Below, piece after piece: positions 19,459-30,635 of a DNA stretch of 49,801 nucleotides. Positions within the stretch are counted from its first letter, which is position 1; each line of letters opens with the position of its first letter. A model generated the notes under the pieces. The model was not told the DNA's origin. It worked only from the letters and a program-made list of their open reading frames with translations, and made no database searches. This DNA is from an uncultured archaeon (GTDB taxonomy: Archaea > Asgardarchaeota > Lokiarchaeia > Sigyniarchaeales > SOKP01), in assembly GCA_964388035.1 (NCBI GenBank), contig CAYLZE010000028.1, positions 1-49,801 of the forward strand. The letters are read 5' to 3'. The translations under genes and the position numbers were made by a program.

Positions 19459-20646
19459 ATGGATAATTTACTAAAGTCGGCTTATTTTGATGATTTAGGT
19501 CCTGAAAAAGTAGTCCTGGTTAGGAATCCAAGCATTAATTTGGAAGGATTCTTGGTAATTGATAATACCTCCATCGGTTGGCCGGCAGGTGGCATTCGCA
19601 TGGAACCAGACGTGTCTCTCGACGAAATCACGCGATTAGCCCGTGCCATGACCTACAAATTTGCTACTTATCGACTGAAAGTTGGAGGCGCCAAAGCGGG
19701 AATTAAAGCAGATCCTTTCTCAGATGATAAGGATTTATTAATCGCTGGGTTTGCAGAAGCAATTAAGACAAATATTATAGAAGACCGTTATGTCCCTGGG
19801 CCGGATATGAATACAAATGATCGCGATCTTGAGCGCATTTTCAACATTATTGGAAAACCGGGTCTAGCACCAAAACCATTAGGAATAAAAAAAAATAATT
19901 TTCCTGTAGAAGAACTTTTCACGGGATATGGCGTTTCTTATTGCATAGAAGCCGTTAATAATTACTTGATTAATAAGGGAGTTTTCAAACCAAATTATAA
20001 GCCCAAAATTTTATTAGAAGGGTTCGGCAAAGTAGGGATCGGGCTAGCGATGAGCTTGAAAGAATTAGGATATAATCTAACAGGACTTTCTACACTTAAA
20101 GGGGCTATTTTCGATGAAGATGGTCTCGATTTGGATGAATTAATGAAACTTAGACAACAATACGGAGATGATTTAATTAATCAGTACGAAAGCAAGAATT
20201 TAGTACGGGTTGAAAAGGAGAAACTTTTTGAGCTTTCCGGGCAATACGCGACCGATTTTCTCATCCCTGGGGCCCGACCGGATGCAATTAACAAGAAAAA
20301 CGTGGATAAAATAAATATAAAAGCCATCATCCCTGCCGCAAACATTCCCTATGAAACAGGCATTATAAGAGTTCTCCATGAAAGAAAAATCATCCCCTTT
20401 CCTGATTTTGTGGCAAATGCTGGAGAAATTCTAGCTATTGGTATTAATAAAATAGCAAAGAATGCAGATGAAATCTTCAATTTTGTTCGAGGACAAATAG
20501 ATGAAAAAGCAAGTGAAATCATAAAAGGAGCATTGGAAAATAATATTTCTGCATATGAATATGCCGTAAATGAAGCCCTCTCTTTCGTACATAAATATCT
20601 TTCCAGAAGAAAAAAGCATGTTGAAAAAATAAGCAAGCGTTATTGA
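19459..20646 (+). CDS. Glu/Leu/Phe/Val dehydrogenase family protein
   Basis: GGIRM, LARAMTYK, GGAKAG, GPDMNT, TGYGV, EGFGKVG, PDFVANAG. Confidence 0.9.
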   Translation: MDNLLKSAYFDDLGPEKVVLVRNPSINLEGFLVIDNTSIGWPAGGIRMEPDVSLDEITRLARAMTYKFATYRLKVGGAKAGIKADPFSDDKDLLIAGFAEAIKTNIIEDRYVPGPDMNTNDRDLERIFNIIGKPGLAPKPLGIKKNNFPVEELFTGYGVSYCIEAVNNYLINKGVFKPNYKPKILLEGFGKVGIGLAMSLKELGYNLTGLSTLKGAIFDEDGLDLDELMKLRQQYGDDLINQYESKNLVRVEKEKLFELSGQYATDFLIPGARPDAINKKNVDKINIKAIIPAANIPYETGIIRVLHERKIIPFPDFVANAGEILAIGINKIAKNADEIFNFVRGQIDEKASEIIKGALENNISAYEYAVNEALSFVHKYLSRRKKHVEKISKRY

Positions 20647-20840
20647 AGACTTTTTATTGGCTAATTCACTTTTTCACTTTTTCTTTTCTTTAATTTCTCA
20701 AATCTCTCTTACATTGTTATACTTTATTGCATGTCTAAAAATTCTTGAACAATTCAAAACTGGTCTGATGATAAAAAAGTAAATAAAAAATTTTATAGGA
20801 TTTAATTAAAAAGAATGGCTTGTTTTAACCAAAATGCACC

Positions 20841-22463
20841 TTAGAAATTTAATCTCTTGTAAATTTTACGTGTTTCCTTGTAAAGTGTGAGATATTCTTT
20901 AAAAATCCTGTTATATAGTTGTACATTATCCGGATTTGGGATGAATTCTTTTGTATATTCCATCAGGTTTGGGATATCCTCCCAATTTATATATCCCAGT
21001 CCTACAGAAGCCATGAAGGCGGCACCTCGAGCATTTGCTTGAATGGGATTTTTTTGCTTTTTGATTCTCCTGTTTAATACATCCGCAAAGATTTGGCACC
21101 ATATGTCACTTTGCCCACCCCCTCCAATAATGCTTAACTCGGGAATAATGGGATCATTCTTGCCCAAGTTCGGATTTTCCTTTCTCTTCCACTTTTCCAC
21201 AAATTTTTCGACATACATGAATAGCCATCTTACATTATAAGCGACTCCCTCAAAAATAGCCCTAATAATGTGTTCCCGCGTCATTTCCAGGGATAAATTA
21301 TACAATCCGCCTCGAATCACGTGATCTTCAACCGGTGTTCGTTCTCCTATTAACCATGGCGTAAATATTAAATTATTTGATCCCGCTGGGACATCTGCCA
21401 CGATTTTATCAAAGATCTTGTAAACATCCGGAACCTGCTCTTCCACGAGGAGTTCATCCTTATGATATAAAATTTTATCTCTAAGATATTGTAAAGCACC
21501 CCCTGCAATCTCTTGCTCATTCAATATAACGTATCGCCCGGGGATGGCAGAAGGTAAACTCGCCATGTTATGAGCTATATCTGTTTTCTTATAAGGAACG
21601 TGACAAGTTAACCAATCCGATGTCCCGATATAGAAGTAAGAATCATAATTTCTAATTGCTCCCGCTCCAATCGTCGCCGATAATACATCAGGGGCCCCCA
21701 TCACTACTTTTACATCCTTATTAAGCCCTAATTCATCCGCGACTTCTTTTTTCAGAGGACCTAATACATCAATGGAACTCTTCAATTCCGGAAATTTCTC
21801 GCGATCCACTTTTAAGGCTTTAATTAAATCCGGAGAATAATGAATATTGGCAATATCACGGACATCCGTGATCCAATGTACGGTTATTGAAGAATAAGAA
21901 GCGGCAAACTTACCCGTGAGTCTCTGGTTTATGTAATCTTGTGGCTCTAAGAATTTATACGATTTTTCATAAATCTCTGGCATTTCATTTTTTAACCATA
22001 AAATATGGGCAATTGGATCTTTCCCACTATGAGATGGAGCACCCCCCGTTATTTTAAGCCATTTTAAAATCTTGGTAAGAGAATATCCTGAAACATTAAT
22101 CAAACCGCGAAAAGCCTTATCAATATACTTGGCACCTCTTGTATCCATCCATATAACACAATTATACAGATTATTTCCATTCTTATCAACCGGTACGGTA
22201 CCGCTCCATTGACTCGTATTGCAAACACCAACGATATCCTCCACTTTAACTTTTCCGCCATCGATGACTTTTTTACATGTATTCATGATTGCCTTCCACC
22301 AATCATTCGGATCCTGTTCAGCTCCTCCCCCTTTAGTAATATGAATAGGAGTCTCTTCATAAGCCCAATCAACAACATCACCATGAGTAGAAACGAGTGC
22401 GGATTTGGGGCCTTGAGTACCGTGATCAATACAAAGGATATACTTTTTTTCTTCTTTTGACAT
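20841..22463 (-). CDS. FGGY-family carbohydrate kinase (xylulokinase-like)
   Basis: IDHGTQGPK, AEQDP..WW, WMDTR, GERTP, EGVAY, GGGGQS. Confidence 0.9.
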   Translation of the reverse strand: MSKEEKKYILCIDHGTQGPKSALVSTHGDVVDWAYEETPIHITKGGGAEQDPNDWWKAIMNTCKKVIDGGKVKVEDIVGVCNTSQWSGTVPVDKNGNNLYNCVIWMDTRGAKYIDKAFRGLINVSGYSLTKILKWLKITGGAPSHSGKDPIAHILWLKNEMPEIYEKSYKFLEPQDYINQRLTGKFAASYSSITVHWITDVRDIANIHYSPDLIKALKVDREKFPELKSSIDVLGPLKKEVADELGLNKDVKVVMGAPDVLSATIGAGAIRNYDSYFYIGTSDWLTCHVPYKKTDIAHNMASLPSAIPGRYVILNEQEIAGGALQYLRDKILYHKDELLVEEQVPDVYKIFDKIVADVPAGSNNLIFTPWLIGERTPVEDHVIRGGLYNLSLEMTREHIIRAIFEGVAYNVRWLFMYVEKFVEKWKRKENPNLGKNDPIIPELSIIGGGGQSDIWCQIFADVLNRRIKKQKNPIQANARGAAFMASVGLGYINWEDIPNLMEYTKEFIPNPDNVQLYNRIFKEYLTLYKETRKIYKRLNF

Positions 22464-22765
22464 TTTTTCTTCTCTTTGAAACTATTTTTTTAGTAAATTA
22501 CAAATCTAATAATAAGATTTTATTTCACTTATAAATTAACTTTGTTCTTACTTTAAGAAAAATTATACTGCTTAAAAGATATTATTTAAGCTTAAATGAA
22601 CGATAAAGTGTGAGATTAAAGATTTGAAAACATTTCTTAAATTTTTTATTATTTTTCATTACCAATTTAATTGTTTTAATTGTGAATTTTTTAAAGTTAG
22701 GAGTATTATATTACAAAAGAATGCTATTTTGAAAATTGATATAGTAAATTGATGTGTAAAAAAAA

Positions 22766-24178
22766 ATGAGTACAAATATGGATTATGCAGAACAGGTAAA
22801 AAAAGTAGATGTTATTGTTAGTAATCCAATGAAAAGATTTAAGCCGGACGAGTTCCGAGGGATAGTAGAACGATATGAAAAAAACCATGCTAAATCCAAA
22901 AAAGCTTTTGAGCGTGCTCAAAAGATAATTCCGGGAGGTGTGGAGCACAATCTCGCTTTTAATTTTCCTTTTCCATTAGAAAGTAAAAAAGTTTGGGATT
23001 GCTACATGCAAACTATTGATGACGTGGTACTCACGGATTATTTAATGTGCGGTGGTCCCATCATTTTGGGACATAATTATAAACCTTTGACGGAAAAAAT
23101 ATTACAACTAATTCAAGAGGTTGGACCTTGCCATGGGATCACTAATGAATATGAATATTTAGCAGCGGAACAATTACAAAAACATTTTCCTTCATGTGAA
23201 AAAATCCGTTGGCTTCAGAGTGGAACTGAAACAGACATGCTGGCAATTCGGGTAGCGCGTGTATTCACTGGTAAAAATCATGTTATAAAAGTTGGGGGAA
23301 GTTATCATGGTTGGTCTGATCAACTGGTATATGATCTTCATATCCCCGGAACAAAGCGCATGGAATCTCACGGTATTCCTAAGGATATTTTCAAATATAT
23401 AGATTCTATTCCACCGAATGACATAGAGGCTTTAAGACAAATGTTTAAAGAGAAAAGAAAAGTTGCTGCAGTAATTATCGAGCCAATGGGCGGAGAATCG
23501 GGTGCTATTCCCGTGAGACCGGGATTTAATAAAGAAGTAGAGGAATTATGCCGAGAAAATGAAACCTTATTAATTTCGGATGAAGTTGTGACTGCATTTA
23601 GATTACACATGGGCGGCGGTCAAGCCTATTTTGATTATACTCCGGACCTTTCTGTATTTGGAAAGATAGTTGGACACGGATATCCTTCTGCAGCGGCCCT
23701 TGGAGGGCGCTCTGACGTGATGGCGACCGTTGCTGCCGGAGTTGGCGGAGGTGCGAAAAGAGCCTATTGTGGAGGAACCATTGCGGCCAATCCTTTGACA
23801 TGTGCTGCTGCTTATTGGGCAATGAAATTTGTAGAAGAAACTAATGCCACGGAAATCGCAGGTAAAGCCGGCACGCGGCTATCGAATGGATTAAATGAAG
23901 TATTTGCTAAATATAATCTTCCATGGTTTTCTTACAATTATAATGCCACTGTTCACTTCCAAAGTAGTTGTGTTTTCGGGTTGGACATAACAAATCCACA
24001 GCAAGCTCCTCAAATCAAGGAAAGAAAGGAGTTCATGGAACGCATGGGAGCTGCTTTAGTTGATCAAGAAATCATCAGTGTAGCAGGGAGCAGGTTTTAT
24101 ACTTGCTTGAAACATACGGATGAAATTGTGGATCAAACCATCCAAAAAATGGATAATCTCTGCCAGAAAATAGAATAA
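22766..24178 (+). CDS. Class III PLP aminotransferase (glutamate-1-semialdehyde aminomutase-like)
   Basis: IPGGV, GPIILGH, SGTE, SYHG, IIEP, DEVVT.FR, FGKIVGHGYP, GTIAANP. Confidence 0.88.
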   Translation: MSTNMDYAEQVKKVDVIVSNPMKRFKPDEFRGIVERYEKNHAKSKKAFERAQKIIPGGVEHNLAFNFPFPLESKKVWDCYMQTIDDVVLTDYLMCGGPIILGHNYKPLTEKILQLIQEVGPCHGITNEYEYLAAEQLQKHFPSCEKIRWLQSGTETDMLAIRVARVFTGKNHVIKVGGSYHGWSDQLVYDLHIPGTKRMESHGIPKDIFKYIDSIPPNDIEALRQMFKEKRKVAAVIIEPMGGESGAIPVRPGFNKEVEELCRENETLLISDEVVTAFRLHMGGGQAYFDYTPDLSVFGKIVGHGYPSAAALGGRSDVMATVAAGVGGGAKRAYCGGTIAANPLTCAAAYWAMKFVEETNATEIAGKAGTRLSNGLNEVFAKYNLPWFSYNYNATVHFQSSCVFGLDITNPQQAPQIKERKEFMERMGAALVDQEIISVAGSRFYTCLKHTDEIVDQTIQKMDNLCQKIE

Positions 24179-24326
24179 GTAATTCTCTTCTTTTTATTAT
24201 TTTCTATCTTTTTTTATCTTTTTATTCTCAGAAATGAATATAAAATAAAATATATTAATTCTTACCATACTTGTTAATTTACCCTTAATTAAATTTATTT
24301 AACACAACCTTGATTATTTAATTCTA

Positions 24327-25838
24327 ATGGCTGATAAACCTAACATCCTTTTTCTATTAAATGACCACCAACTTTATTATGGTCATGGGGAAATGGCGGG
24401 AGGACCTAAAATTCAGCGACCTAATTTCGAGAAACTGGCAAATCAGGGAATAGAGTTCACACGAGCTTATACAGCTTGTCCTTTATGCGGTCCCGCCCGT
24501 AGAACAATGCTTACTGGATTATTTCCTCATAATCATCTCGAAATTCTAAATGAAGTCGATCATCCTTTTGATAAAGAAACTTATCTTGAACTTCTCGCAA
24601 AAATTGGTTATGAAAACTATTATTATGGGAAATGGCATGCTGGTTCGGGAACTGCTCATGATCTTTATTGTCAAGGTTTTAATTACCCCAAATTTGGAAA
24701 TCCTTATATCACGCCTGAATATAAGGAGTATTTAAAGCAGAAAAATCTCTCTCCTTTTCAAGTTAAAATTACTCACAGCTTCTGGGCACCTGAATGGAAA
24801 CGTACAAAAGAAGCGGGATTGACTGTCGGGGAAACTTACTCTCCTTGCCAAGATAATTATGATGAGTCTGCTCTTGGGGTAATGACAACACCGTTAGAAA
24901 CCCATGAAGCTATATTTTTAGCCCATTTAGCATGTGAACAGTTAAAACAGATAGCAGCTTCTGGTAATAAGAAATCATTCCACATGAGAGTAGATTTTTG
25001 GGGTCCTCATGCACCATATTTTGTTTCTGAAGAATTTTTAAATCTTTATAACCCTAAAGATATCCCCATGTATCCTAATTTCAATGATGACTTGAAAGGC
25101 AAGCCCACGACATATATTCATGACATGTATCATCCCATTAGCAATAATGGCAAATTAATCGTTCCTAATCCCATGAAGTGGTCAGAATGGCAAGACATTT
25201 TAGCACGTGCTTATGCCCATATTTCTTTAATAGATCACGCTGGCGGCCTTATCCTAAACACGTTGGAAGACTTGGGGTTAGCTGAAAATACCATGGTAAT
25301 CTGGACAACGGATCATGGCGATGGATTATCGTGTCATGGGGGACATTTCGATAAGGATGATTACTTGCCCGAAGAATTATTAAGAATTCCCCTTGTGATT
25401 AGATATCCAGAAAAGATAACAGCGGGACAAATCTGCAAAAAATTCGTTAGCAATATCGACCTTGCCCCGACCATCCTTGATATAGCGGGTACTGCATTCA
25501 GCGCTAAAGTCGACGGAGAAAGTTTAGTTCCTTTACTTATTAATATTAATTCCCAATGGAGAGATGATTTAATGATCGAAACTCACGGACACAAGCATCT
25601 TCATCTCGGAAGGGTTCTCGTTTGGGATCGCTATAAATTCGTCTCTAATGAAAAGGACAAGGATGAGTTATATGATTTAGTGTCAGATCCTTATGAATTA
25701 AATAATTTGGTTGATGATAAAGTGCATGCATCCCTTATCGAGGAGATGAAGTCAAAACTTGGAGCATGGCGTGAAAATACAAACGATCAAATGACAAAAA
25801 CAAAAATTCGCAAATTTGTTCTACAAGGAAAAATCTAA
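24327..25838 (+). CDS. Formylglycine-dependent (Cys-type) sulfatase
   Basis: KPNILFL..DH, CGPAR (CxPxR)..LTG, GKWH, PHAPY, TDHG, DLAPT, ELYDL..DPYE. Confidence 0.92.
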   Translation: MADKPNILFLLNDHQLYYGHGEMAGGPKIQRPNFEKLANQGIEFTRAYTACPLCGPARRTMLTGLFPHNHLEILNEVDHPFDKETYLELLAKIGYENYYYGKWHAGSGTAHDLYCQGFNYPKFGNPYITPEYKEYLKQKNLSPFQVKITHSFWAPEWKRTKEAGLTVGETYSPCQDNYDESALGVMTTPLETHEAIFLAHLACEQLKQIAASGNKKSFHMRVDFWGPHAPYFVSEEFLNLYNPKDIPMYPNFNDDLKGKPTTYIHDMYHPISNNGKLIVPNPMKWSEWQDILARAYAHISLIDHAGGLILNTLEDLGLAENTMVIWTTDHGDGLSCHGGHFDKDDYLPEELLRIPLVIRYPEKITAGQICKKFVSNIDLAPTILDIAGTAFSAKVDGESLVPLLININSQWRDDLMIETHGHKHLHLGRVLVWDRYKFVSNEKDKDELYDLVSDPYELNNLVDDKVHASLIEEMKSKLGAWRENTNDQMTKTKIRKFVLQGKI

Positions 25839-26071
25839 TTAAGTTATTATGAACGCTAAATAAGAATTGAATTCATCTTTCACTCCTTAAATTAAGAGAA
25901 TTCATCTCAATTGGTGCATAAAGATAAATAAATGTAAAAATCTGTATTTTAATTAATGATATTATCCCTTATGATATTTTATAATCAATTATATAAAGAG
26001 AAGAAAAAAAGATTTTTCAACTTAATTTTACCTGTTTGGTTAATTTTTTTTCTTAAATAGGTATTAATTTA

Positions 26072-26803
26072 CTAAGATTTCCCAAGCTTGTATAGATTCA
26101 CTCCCATGATTAATGACCAAATGCTATATGTAATGAGACAGGGACCCAATAAAATTGCAAAAATCGGAACCACCACATAAAGGCTCGCAAATATCCCTTC
26201 AATACTGAAAACAATTCCTAATAAAGCTATCCATTTTTTAAAAACTCCCTTAAGCATGACGATATTAATAATGAGAAATGCGATGCAAGATATAAAATAA
26301 CTAAAAAACGTGGCGAGAGGCAATGTTGCTAGCGCATAAAATGCTGCGGCTAAATATGCTGCTCGGGCACTGTCCGTGGTGGCAGATGCATATTGTTGAG
26401 TAAGCAAGACAAGTGTTAGTGAATTCATTTCAGTAACCGCTAAATCTATAAATATGTACGCAATCATGAGCTCAGTAGCTATGAGCATGGCATTTTTAGA
26501 AACATTCTTTAATGTGAGATAAAGAGCCACTACAACAAAAAGTAAGAGAAAATCCCCCACAACAAATAATCCAAAATTAATCTGTGATATGAGAGCATGC
26601 TCCGCTACACTTATTAAATACGCCTCACTTTCGCTTGGTGGAGGTCCAATGATAATAGATAGGATTTCGCCAAAGATAGTGCATAATCCAACGATAAATA
26701 AACCAATTCCCCCCACTTTATAGACGCCTTTCCAACTTCGATCTACATTTTTATTAATTTCTTTAACGGGTTCATTTTTTATATTCACAATTAATTCATT
26801 CAT
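26072..26803 (-). CDS. DUF4386-like membrane protein
   Basis: About six hydrophobic helices; GVFKKWIALLG-type C-terminal pattern. Confidence 0.55.
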   Translation of the reverse strand: MNELIVNIKNEPVKEINKNVDRSWKGVYKVGGIGLFIVGLCTIFGEILSIIIGPPPSESEAYLISVAEHALISQINFGLFVVGDFLLLFVVVALYLTLKNVSKNAMLIATELMIAYIFIDLAVTEMNSLTLVLLTQQYASATTDSARAAYLAAAFYALATLPLATFFSYFISCIAFLIINIVMLKGVFKKWIALLGIVFSIEGIFASLYVVVPIFAILLGPCLITYSIWSLIMGVNLYKLGKS

Positions 26804-27354
26804 GTCACATCTCCAAGCATGTAAAATTCATTTTCGAATTAAAAGATTTTCCCTCATTATTCTGGGTAATATAAGCTAAACTACCTTCATTATAAAAAAG
26901 GAGATCGACACAAAATCTGATAGCAAGCTATAAAAAAAGTAAAGTTATAAATTGATATTACTAATTTAGCTTTAAAAAAAGATTATTGCTTATTTGACTT
27001 TAATATTAGCGATAAGTTTTATAATCGGCTTGAGATAATAATTTATTATAGTTTATCAAAAATCTTTGTTAATTCATTAAGGAAATTAGAATAACATCGA
27101 AATGGGATACTATGAACGAATTAATCAAAACTTAAGATATTCTACATTTTCTTTAAAGCATTAATCTCTTGCAAGATTTGGGCACTTCCATCCAAACGTA
27201 ACAAAAAAATATCCTTTAGGAATAAAAATGATAATAATCTTGCAGCTGAAATTATTTAAATGAATATATTTGACAATAGAAAGGATTAAAATAGCTTTTA
27301 GAATATAAATATTGATAAAAACTTTACAAAAAAATGAAGAAAATAAAAAAAGAA

Positions 27355-28785
27355 TTACTCCTTAAGTTCCAGTTCCTTTAATTTTTGCCGATTCTCTTTA
27401 ACAATGGACGGTGTTAAATCAAAAAATTTCCAGAAGATAATAGCCGTTACTAACATTAGGATAGCTGGTACGATAGCAGTATGAATTCGAATTCCAAAAA
27501 CGGCTAAGGGTGTTTGAGTTGGAGAGCCCTCCACGTACCCCGTAAAAATATGGCTCAAGGCGATCGTCACAGCAATAAATGACGTACCAAATTTGATGAA
27601 AAACGATTGAAATCCATAATATATGCTATGTTGCATCTTACCTGTGCGCACGGATATATCGTCAAGAACATCTCCCATAAGTGGCGGATCAATGTACCAG
27701 TTGGCCCCGATCCCTACTCCAAAGAAGATTAAGCTAATCAACCATCCAACTAAATTACTCACAAAAATCATGGGCAGGAAGGTTAAAAAAAGTAAGAAGC
27801 AAGCAAAAATTGCAATCTTTCGATTATTTCCTATTTTATTTGCTACGAAATTCCAGATGGGAATGGAAATTAAGGCTCCTATTAGCATGGCTCCTAAAAG
27901 TAGTGTAATTCCGCTTGCTTCCATGAATAATATGTATGTTGTTATGTAAAAAGCGGAAGTTTGAATCATTATTCCACCGACTTGATATCCAAAAAAATGA
28001 ATTACCTTTAACATGAATCGCTTGTCTTTGACCACTCGTTTGGTAGACTGAATGAAAGGCTCTACCTCTTGACCAATTCCCGCCTCTTTTCTCTTAAGGT
28101 GTAACGCTCTTACTTTTTTATCCTCATATACTCCGGGAAGAATAAAAAGAAACATTAGAACTCCGACACCCACGGTCACTAAAGAGGCAGTCACGTAGCT
28201 GGTTGGGTCAAAGGTCTTTATAAACATTGGCGGTATAATTGCTGCTAATACTAATCCGGTTATTCCTAATATCGTGCCGAATCCTTGAACGGTTCTCCTC
28301 TCATCTAATCCTCTGAATTTATCGGGATACACGCTGATCACATTCACGTCATAAAGTGTTAAAAATGTATCGTATAAACATAAAGTCCCCACATACCAGA
28401 GGAATATTTGCCATTGATGGGACGCTACTATTTCAGGTGTACCATACCAGTCCGTAGGTACTAAATATATTAGTAAATAGGAGACAAGGTAAGGTCCAAC
28501 CCCGATTAGCATCCAAGGAAATCTTTTAAATCCTTTTTTCTGCCAAGAGGGATGCACTCTTTCCAATATCCATCCTGCTAAAGGATCATTAATTGCATTC
28601 CATATAGAATAAAGAACAAACGCGGTTGCTGCAATTGCAGTATCTAAACCAATCACATTTTCATAAAAGAAAAAAACGGAAAACCCAAATGCAGCTCCTA
28701 TCCATTGGCCAAACAATTCCCGCGAACCATAACTTGCCATTATACGTTTGGAATAGTTTTTGACTTCTTTTTCATTTTCTGCCAT
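27355..28785 (-). CDS. MFS glycoside-pentoside-hexuronide (MelB-like) transporter
   Basis: WNAINDPLAG, KRFPW, ERRT, 12-TM pattern. GGAG upstream of the ATG at 28785; the ORF track starts at TTG 28806. Confidence 0.88.
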   Translation of the reverse strand: MAENEKEVKNYSKRIMASYGSRELFGQWIGAAFGFSVFFFYENVIGLDTAIAATAFVLYSIWNAINDPLAGWILERVHPSWQKKGFKRFPWMLIGVGPYLVSYLLIYLVPTDWYGTPEIVASHQWQIFLWYVGTLCLYDTFLTLYDVNVISVYPDKFRGLDERRTVQGFGTILGITGLVLAAIIPPMFIKTFDPTSYVTASLVTVGVGVLMFLFILPGVYEDKKVRALHLKRKEAGIGQEVEPFIQSTKRVVKDKRFMLKVIHFFGYQVGGIMIQTSAFYITTYILFMEASGITLLLGAMLIGALISIPIWNFVANKIGNNRKIAIFACFLLFLTFLPMIFVSNLVGWLISLIFFGVGIGANWYIDPPLMGDVLDDISVRTGKMQHSIYYGFQSFFIKFGTSFIAVTIALSHIFTGYVEGSPTQTPLAVFGIRIHTAIVPAILMLVTAIIFWKFFDLTPSIVKENRQKLKELELKE

Positions 28786-29034
28786 CACGATATGACTCCT
28801 TTTCAAAAATCTCGTTGATCAATTTTCTTGTTATTAGATTAATAAATTCTCGTGCTATTCCCTTTTAAATAAGGAATTTAACAAAAAAACCTATACTTAA
28901 TTAATTAATAAGTTTAGCTTTGAACCTTATTAAAAGTTTCTAAAAAACCAAGTTATATTATATATATTTTAAGAGCAAAATGTTATTATAAAAAAATTAG
29001 TTTTGATGTTAATCAACAGAAAGCAGAATTTAAA

Positions 29035-30444
29035 ATGCAAAATGAATGGAATGATGAATTGATAACCAATAAGGATTCCTCTAAACTTTCCAGAAAAGAA
29101 AGATTCATTTATTCTTTTACAAATCTCCCGAATACCATCCTAGGTGGCATATTTGGATTAACTTATGTGAATTTTTTCTGGGATGATCTCGGACTCGCTC
29201 AGGTATTTTTCGTGTTAGGACAAGGCATCTATACTATAGTGAATTCATTAAATGATTTTTATTTAGGAAGGATTAGTGATAATACTGATTTCAAGAAATG
29301 GGGAAGCAGGCGACTTATTTATGTGAAGTGGGGTGGTCCCTTATGGGCTTTTATTTTTTTCATAACGTGGTTCCCTTGGAGCTATTCGAATCAAATCGTT
29401 ATTTTCTTTGACTTCTTATTTAGCATCTGTGCTTTTGACATGCTTCTAACCCTTGTTTTACTAGTGTGGTTAGCATTATTACCGGAGATGACCGAAAATG
29501 TAGAGGAAAGAAACCGTATGGCTTTATATGGCCAATATTTTCTTATTATTGGAGCACTTCCTGTACTAATTGCCTTTCTCATTTTTGAATCGGGACTACT
29601 AATATTTCAGATATTTTCGGGTGCGTGTGCCATAATATGTGGAGTTTCCTATTATTTTGTTGGAAGCAGGTTAAAAGAGCGTCCAGAATTGTATGCAAAT
29701 CAACCTAAAATACCTCTATTGAAAGCATTAAAAGATGTCTTGAAATCACGCTCTTTTACCAGTTATACCCTCTTCAGATCTTTTAATTCTTTAACAGGTG
29801 CTATGTGGTTTAGCTTTGTTTTTGCTTATTTTTATGTACTCGACGTGGATTTATTGACTGCCTCTTTATTGTTTTATTTCTTAGCTACATTCGTTGGTAC
29901 CGTCGGTTTTTTGATCTATAAGATACTTGCAAATAAATCTGACATGCGAACTCTAATAATTCGTGGAAGGGCACTTCAAATTATGGTGATGATCATTGGA
30001 TTCTTCGTTTGTTTGCCTCCTGAAAATAACCTTCTTATTTGGTTTTTTCTGATATTCAATGGAATATGTGGAGGATACATTTTATTTGATTTTCCTTGTC
30101 TCTATTTAGTGACGGACGATGATGAGGTAATTAACGGTGTACGACGGGAAGGATTAATACTTGGTACGAATGCATTTTTCCTCAAGATTGCAGAGAGCAC
30201 GGGACCAATACTAGCAACATCTGTATTATTAGCTTTTGGATTTATCCGTGATTCTCCATATCAAACCCTCCAAGCAACCATTGGTATTAAATTCTTACTT
30301 TTTGTTGTACCTTCCATTATAAATTTCTTAGGGCTTCTAACCATGCTTTTATTTCCTCTGCATCATGAAAACTTGAAGGAAATGCGAGAAAAATTGCTCA
30401 TACTTCATGAAAAGAAAATAAGGGAGTACGACAGAACCAAATAA
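29035..30444 (+). CDS. MFS glycoside-pentoside-hexuronide (MelB-like) transporter
   Basis: NSLND..GRISD, GSRRL, ALLPEMT..ER, DDDE..GVRREG. Confidence 0.88.
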   Translation: MQNEWNDELITNKDSSKLSRKERFIYSFTNLPNTILGGIFGLTYVNFFWDDLGLAQVFFVLGQGIYTIVNSLNDFYLGRISDNTDFKKWGSRRLIYVKWGGPLWAFIFFITWFPWSYSNQIVIFFDFLFSICAFDMLLTLVLLVWLALLPEMTENVEERNRMALYGQYFLIIGALPVLIAFLIFESGLLIFQIFSGACAIICGVSYYFVGSRLKERPELYANQPKIPLLKALKDVLKSRSFTSYTLFRSFNSLTGAMWFSFVFAYFYVLDVDLLTASLLFYFLATFVGTVGFLIYKILANKSDMRTLIIRGRALQIMVMIIGFFVCLPPENNLLIWFFLIFNGICGGYILFDFPCLYLVTDDDEVINGVRREGLILGTNAFFLKIAESTGPILATSVLLAFGFIRDSPYQTLQATIGIKFLLFVVPSIINFLGLLTMLLFPLHHENLKEMREKLLILHEKKIREYDRTK

Positions 30445-30635
30445 ATTTCTCTTCTTCTTTTTTTTAATATTAAAGCATTAAATAATATCTTATTAGGGGA
30501 AATTAGGTTTCAAACTCGTTCATTCGGCTTTTTGTTCTTTACAAGTGATTATAGGAAACAATTGATTTGATATAGAATACTACATTTTTTATTAGAAAAA
30601 TATAAATCACATAATCATTAAGTGAATTAGAAAAG

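Noticed and set aside
22766-24178. Calling this gene hemL, and the URO-D-family genes hemE
   Set aside because: There is no tetrapyrrole gene context and the sequences are divergent; only family-level calls are supportable.
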